20,000 nucleotides of DNA, from the IMG/VR virus record IMGVR_UViG_3300008116_000198; one strand, given 5' to 3'. Shown piece after piece: positions 17,801 through 20,000 of this stretch. Within the stretch, counting starts at the first letter, position 1. Each line of letters starts with the position of its first letter. The stretch is from an uncultured virus (IMG/VR IMGVR_UViG_3300008116_000198). Its lineage: Duplodnaviria > Heunggongvirae > Uroviricota > Caudoviricetes. A model generated the notes under the pieces. The model was not told where the DNA came from. It did no database searches and worked only from the letters and a program-made list of their open reading frames with translations. A program made the position numbers and the translations under genes.

Positions 17801-20000
17801 AAGTTGGTAATAACACATTACTTGGTAACACATCACTTAGTGGTAGTTTAACAATTTCTGGTGCATTTGCCACAGCAACACCAAGTGTAAATATTTTCGG
17901 AGATATTTCACAGACTGGATATCTCAGATTTAACCCAGTTAATACAAATATAAATCAAAGCATTTCCGCTTCATACATTTATGTCTCTGGTAGTACAAAT
18001 GATTTATATTTTGCTCAGAATGGAAGTGGATACAGTAACAATACTCGTCTTCGTTGGTTGGAAGGAGTATTATATACTGGATTGCTAAATGGTGGATTGG
18101 TATCAAGCACAGTTGGTTCTACTACTTTCAACATATCTTCTGGCAGTGGTATAATTGTAACTTTAAATGCTAGTTTAAGCACAGATCCATTTCCAACTGT
18201 AAAATATGTAAATTGGGGAAATTACAATAATCAACCAATAACATACTCTGGCTCCGCCAAGTTGACATATGTTGGTATTGATTCGAATGGGGCAGTTGTT
18301 CAACAAGTTGAGCCTTGGGGTTCAACAAACATAGATCAATTTGACAGCCAAATATTACTTGGTATTGTGTTGCATTTGAGTGGAAGTATTTCATCGGGAG
18401 TATTTAATTCACCACAAACAGCATATGGTAATTCTCAAAAATCAGACGACTTTTTCAGATCGTTTGGTCCATTAAAAGTAAGTGGGCATACATTGCAAAC
18501 CAGTGGGTCTTCGCTTGGCCTTACAAAGGCTGGTGGTACAGCATACAGAGATGGTGCAAATTATGTTACCAACCCAAATCACCCATCAACGGTCGTTGAA
18601 AATTCTATAACAACAAGTAAAATTTACAGATATTATGTGTCTGGATCAACGCCTATAATTGATACTGGTGTTGGTGCATCAGGTTATACCGCAATAGATC
18701 CAAATAATTACAACAATAATGGAGTACTTACTTCTGTTCCTTCAAACAATTATACTATTCAGAGAGTATTTTGGACTCCAAATTCTCCAACTAATGCATT
18801 TGTAGTTTATTATGGAACTGCAACATATTCCAATTTGTTGACCGCAGTCAATGCCAAGGATAGTGAACCATTTTCAGAAGCTCCAGATACAGCCGCCGAT
18901 GCAATCTTCTTAGGTCATATTGTTGTAAAAGAAGGAACTACAAACCTAACTGTTGCAAATGATTGCACGATAATTCAAGGCGGACTATTTAGAAATATTG
19001 CAGGTGTTGGATCAAGTGGAACTGCTGCTCCTGTTGTAAATCTTTCTGGTTTGGGTGACGTTTTAATATCCGTACCAACAGACGGTCAACCTCTTGTATA
19101 TGATTCAACAGCATTGAAGTGGAGAAACTTGTCTGCCATAACCGCTTCGTTGTATGGTAATGCATCAACGGCAACAAGTGCTTCGTATGCTACCACAGCA
19201 AGCTATGCTTTCAGTTATAGCGGAACGTCTGGTAGCAGCGGCACAAGCGGAACTTCTGGTACAGCAGGATCTGCTGGAACTTCTGGTACAAGCGGAAGTA
19301 GTGGCACAAGTGGAACAAATGGATCTTCTGGTACAAGTGGAACTAGTGGATCAAGCGGAACAAGTGGAACAAGCGCATCCGCTGGAAGTAGTGGTTCAAG
19401 TGGAAGCGCAGGAACTGCTGGATCTAGTGGTAGTGCTGGAACAAGTGGCAGCAGCGGAACGTCTGGTACTGGCGGTAGCAGTGGAACATCTGGTAGTAGT
19501 GGATCTGGCGGTAGCAGTGGTTCAGCTGGATCGTCTGGATCAAGTGGCAGTGCTGGAACAAGTGGAAGTGCAGGAACATCTGGGTCAACAGGTTCGAGTG
19601 GAAGCAGTGGAAGTGCAGGTAGTGCGGGAACATCTGGATCAAGTGGTAGTGCTGGAACTGCTGGTAGTGCTGGTTCGGCTGGTACAAGTGGAACGAGTGG
19701 ATCTTCTGGAAGCAGTGGAAGTTCTGGATCAAGTGGTACAAGTGGAACTTCTGGATCAAGTGGAACTTCTGGATCAAGTGGTAGTAGTGGAACAAGTGCT
19801 TCATCTGGAAGCAGTGGCACAAGCGGAGCAACGGGTGCATCTGGGTCAAGTGGTACAAGTGGAACTTCTGGCTCCGCAGGTTCTGCTGGATCAAGTGGTA
19901 GTAGTGGAAGCAGCGGTGCTGGAACAATATCAGGCGGTACAGCAAATTATGTAACAAAGTTTAGCAATGCGACTACATTGACCACGAGTTCAATATTTGA
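11824..20000 (+). CDS. Giant (at least 2725 aa, 3'-truncated) modular fibre-like virion protein with four Gly-X-Ser tracts
   Basis: Frame 1 is open from ATG 11824 (MSNELIVRNGLIVSGTSSFSGSVFING...) to the window end (…KFSNATTLTTSSIF). No in-frame stop was seen on reading. It contains TAS[YW]A repeats, beta-rich spacers and a fibre-type motif LSGLGDVLISVPTDGQPLVYDSTALKWRN (~19042-19128). Confidence 0.9.
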   Translation, partial: MSNELIVRNGLIVSGTSSFSGSVFINGNTVVTGSIISNQVAYLTASQALTASHVLGLPDTSSWALNAVSAAFSEYAVSASYVIGAPDTASWALNAVSSSYALSSSYAVSSSYSLSGSYVDTASYSNYAVSASYVIGAPDTASWALNAVTASYVEYTNVDKITSTSQFAGTASYAQRANSIKSGIDIDVTSITASAIRVDNLHVVTITSSVNFVSGSTDFGTSITDTHVFTGSLFVQGNINVEDGYGIQGTSSYAVTASYAFNTSTSGTSGTSGSSGSSGSSGTSGSSGSAGTSGSSGTSGTDGSSGSSGTGGSSGSSGTSGSSGSSGSSGSSGSSGTSGSSGTSGSSGTTGTSGSSGSGGTSGTSGSSGTSGTSGSSGTSGTDGSSGSSGSSGSSGTSGSSGTSGTGGSSGSSGSSGSSGTSGSSGTSGSSGTSGSSGSSGSSGSSGTSGSSGTSGSSGSSGTSGSSGTTGTSGSSGSSGTTGTSGSSGSAGTSGSSGTSGTDGSSGSSGSAGTSGSSGSSGTSGSSGSSGTSATSGSSGTSGSSGSSGSSGTSGSGGTSGSSGSSGTTGTSGSSGTSGTDGSSGSSGSAGTSGSSGSSGSSGTSGSSGSSGTSGSSGSSGTSATSGSSGTSGSSGSSGSSGTSGSSGSAGTSGSSGSAGTSGSSGTSGTDGSSGSSGSSGSSGSSGTSGSSGTSGSSGTSGSSGTSGSSGTSGSSGSSGSSGTSGSSGSSGSSGSSGSSGTAGSSGSSGSSGYTPENMVTSSFQLSNDGGLAFSSANNVTFGQITASIITVSTLYVQNITSSTELVTGSFVVSGSFDAIGGVTGSLLGTASYALQALTASYALNAEGSNKTQLTASTILFTGSATNLSLNVSSSGDVAITGINNGDIVVISDSTSSTPLFGIESVNNPLFSVYNSGNAYLSGSLSASLYGTASWAVTASYALSYSGTSGSSGTSGTSGSSGSAGTSGSSGTSGTDGSSGSSGTGGSSGSSGSSGTSATSGTGGSSGSSGTSGSSGTGGSSGSSGTSGSSGSGGSSGSSGTSGSSGTSGSSGTSGTDGSSGSAGTSGSAGTSGTDGSSGTSGSAGTSGSSGTSGSSGTSGTAGSSGTSGSSGSSGTTGTSGSSGTAGSSGSAGTSGSAGSSGSAGTSGSSASAGTSGTSGTDGSSGSSGSGGSSGSSGTAGSSGSSGTSGSSGSSGTSATSGSSGTSGTSGSSGTSGSSGTSGTDGSSGSSGSSGSSGSSGTGGTSGSSGTTGSSGSSGSAGSSGSSGSSGSSGTGGSSGTSGTSGSSGTGGSSGSSGTSGTDGSSGSSGSGGSSGTSGTDGTSGSSGTSGTSGSSGSAGTSGSSGSSGTTGTSGSSGTSGTDGSSGSSGTSGSTGTSGSSGSSGSSGSSGTTGTSGSSGTSGTSGSAGSAGSSGSSGSSGAGTISGGTSNYVAKFSNATTLTTSSIFDGGSGVGINKSTANSTLDVNGNTIITGSLTVTQNVTASNIVVTNLYVQNITASTEIVTGSTQFGTLLSNKHMFTGSVEITSSLKVNGDFSVNGNTGSLAFSSNADTLEITGSLLLSGSMFVTGSISVNGSITGSLFGTASYALNALTASYALSYSGTSGSSGTSGSSGTSGTNGTSGSSGTGGTSGSSGTGGSSGSSGTSGSSGSSGTSGTSGSSGTSGTDGSSGSSGSSGSSGSSGTSGSAGTSGSAGSAGSSGSSGSAGTSGTSGSSGTSGTDGSSGSSGSSGTAGTSGSAGTSGSSGSSGTSGTDGSSGSSGTSGSAGTGGSSGSSGSSGTSGEGGSAGTSGTSGSAGTSGTSGSAGTAGSSGSAGTSGSAGSAGTSGSSGSAGTSGTSGSSGTSGTSGSSGSSGSSGSSGTSGSAGTSGSSGTAGTSGSAGSSGSSGSGGSSGSAGTSGTSGSSGTSGTNGSSGTSGTSGSSGTGGTSGSSGSAGSAGSAGSSGTSPIITGTNFTLALFSGSNGLSSSVLSQYDNGLYLTGSLNVSGSTLQVGNNTLLGNTSLSGSLTISGAFATATPSVNIFGDISQTGYLRFNPVNTNINQSISASYIYVSGSTNDLYFAQNGSGYSNNTRLRWLEGVLYTGLLNGGLVSSTVGSTTFNISSGSGIIVTLNASLSTDPFPTVKYVNWGNYNNQPITYSGSAKLTYVGIDSNGAVVQQVEPWGSTNIDQFDSQILLGIVLHLSGSISSGVFNSPQTAYGNSQKSDDFFRSFGPLKVSGHTLQTSGSSLGLTKAGGTAYRDGANYVTNPNHPSTVVENSITTSKIYRYYVSGSTPIIDTGVGASGYTAIDPNNYNNNGVLTSVPSNNYTIQRVFWTPNSPTNAFVVYYGTATYSNLLTAVNAKDSEPFSEAPDTAADAIFLGHIVVKEGTTNLTVANDCTIIQGGLFRNIAGVGSSGTAAPVVNLSGLGDVLISVPTDGQPLVYDSTALKWRNLSAITASLYGNASTATSASYATTASYAFSYSGTSGSSGTSGTSGTAGSAGTSGTSGSSGTSGTNGSSGTSGTSGSSGTSGTSASAGSSGSSGSAGTAGSSGSAGTSGSSGTSGTGGSSGTSGSSGSGGSSGSAGSSGSSGSAGTSGSAGTSGSTGSSGSSGSAGSAGTSGSSGSAGTAGSAGSAGTSGTSGSSGSSGSSGSSGTSGTSGSSGTSGSSGSSGTSASSGSSGTSGATGASGSSGTSGTSGSAGSAGSSGSSGSSGAGTISGGTANYVTKFSNATTLTTSSIF
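12616..14082 (+). repeat. Gly-X-Y tract 1 (~489 aa; GSS/GTS)
   Basis: 9-nt periodic coding repeat with Gly every third residue. Confidence 0.95.
14659..16086 (+). repeat. Gly-X-Y tract 2 (~476 aa)
   Basis: GSS/GTS/GSA/GTD triplets between TASYALSY and AGTISGGTSNY. Confidence 0.95.
16630..17667 (+). repeat. Gly-X-Y tract 3 (~346 aa)
   Basis: GSS/GTS/GSA triplets between TASYALSY and PIITGTNF. Confidence 0.95.
19219..19917 (+). repeat. Gly-X-Y tract 4 (~233 aa)
   Basis: GSS/GTS/GSA triplets between TASYAFSY and AGTISGGTANY. Confidence 0.95.

Noticed and set aside
12616..19917. CRISPR array or non-coding satellite
   Set aside because: The 9-nt periodicity varies at synonymous positions inside an open frame. 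There is no constant repeat with unique spacers.
12597..19957. Long ORFs on minus (PLL/PLV repeats; His/Tyr-rich) and in + frame 2 (Val/Gln/Glu repeats)
   Set aside because: Shadow frames of the GGN-AGT/TCN/ACN repeat, which lacks stops in those frames. Their ends track the tract boundaries, and frame 1 is continuous with protein-like spacers.

Overview
Structural-gene region of a large, distantly T4-like myovirus genome; the clade and host cannot be established from sequence alone. Order on +: partial charged protein, helical hypothetical protein, prohead core/scaffold, gp23-type major capsid protein, strong terminator, signal-peptide-bearing non-specific endonuclease, an antisense T4-lysozyme-like gene, gp13-like neck protein, Vsr/DUF559-like nuclease, a double beta-propeller protein with a helical partner, then gp14-like and gp15-like proteins. 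The last 8.2 kb is one ORF (11824 to beyond the window end, at least 2725 aa) that the supplied ORF track omits because it has no stop codon in the window. It encodes a modular fibre-like protein with four proline-free Gly-X-Ser tracts (about 1540 aa in total). The most interesting signals are this giant fibre, a shared N-terminal [LI]xx[LV][LI]xE peptide on the capsid protein and on two enzymes (possible head-packaged cargo), a fibre-type extension on gp15, recurring [ST]-[GA]-S motifs across virion proteins, and an ATATTTATA candidate late promoter.
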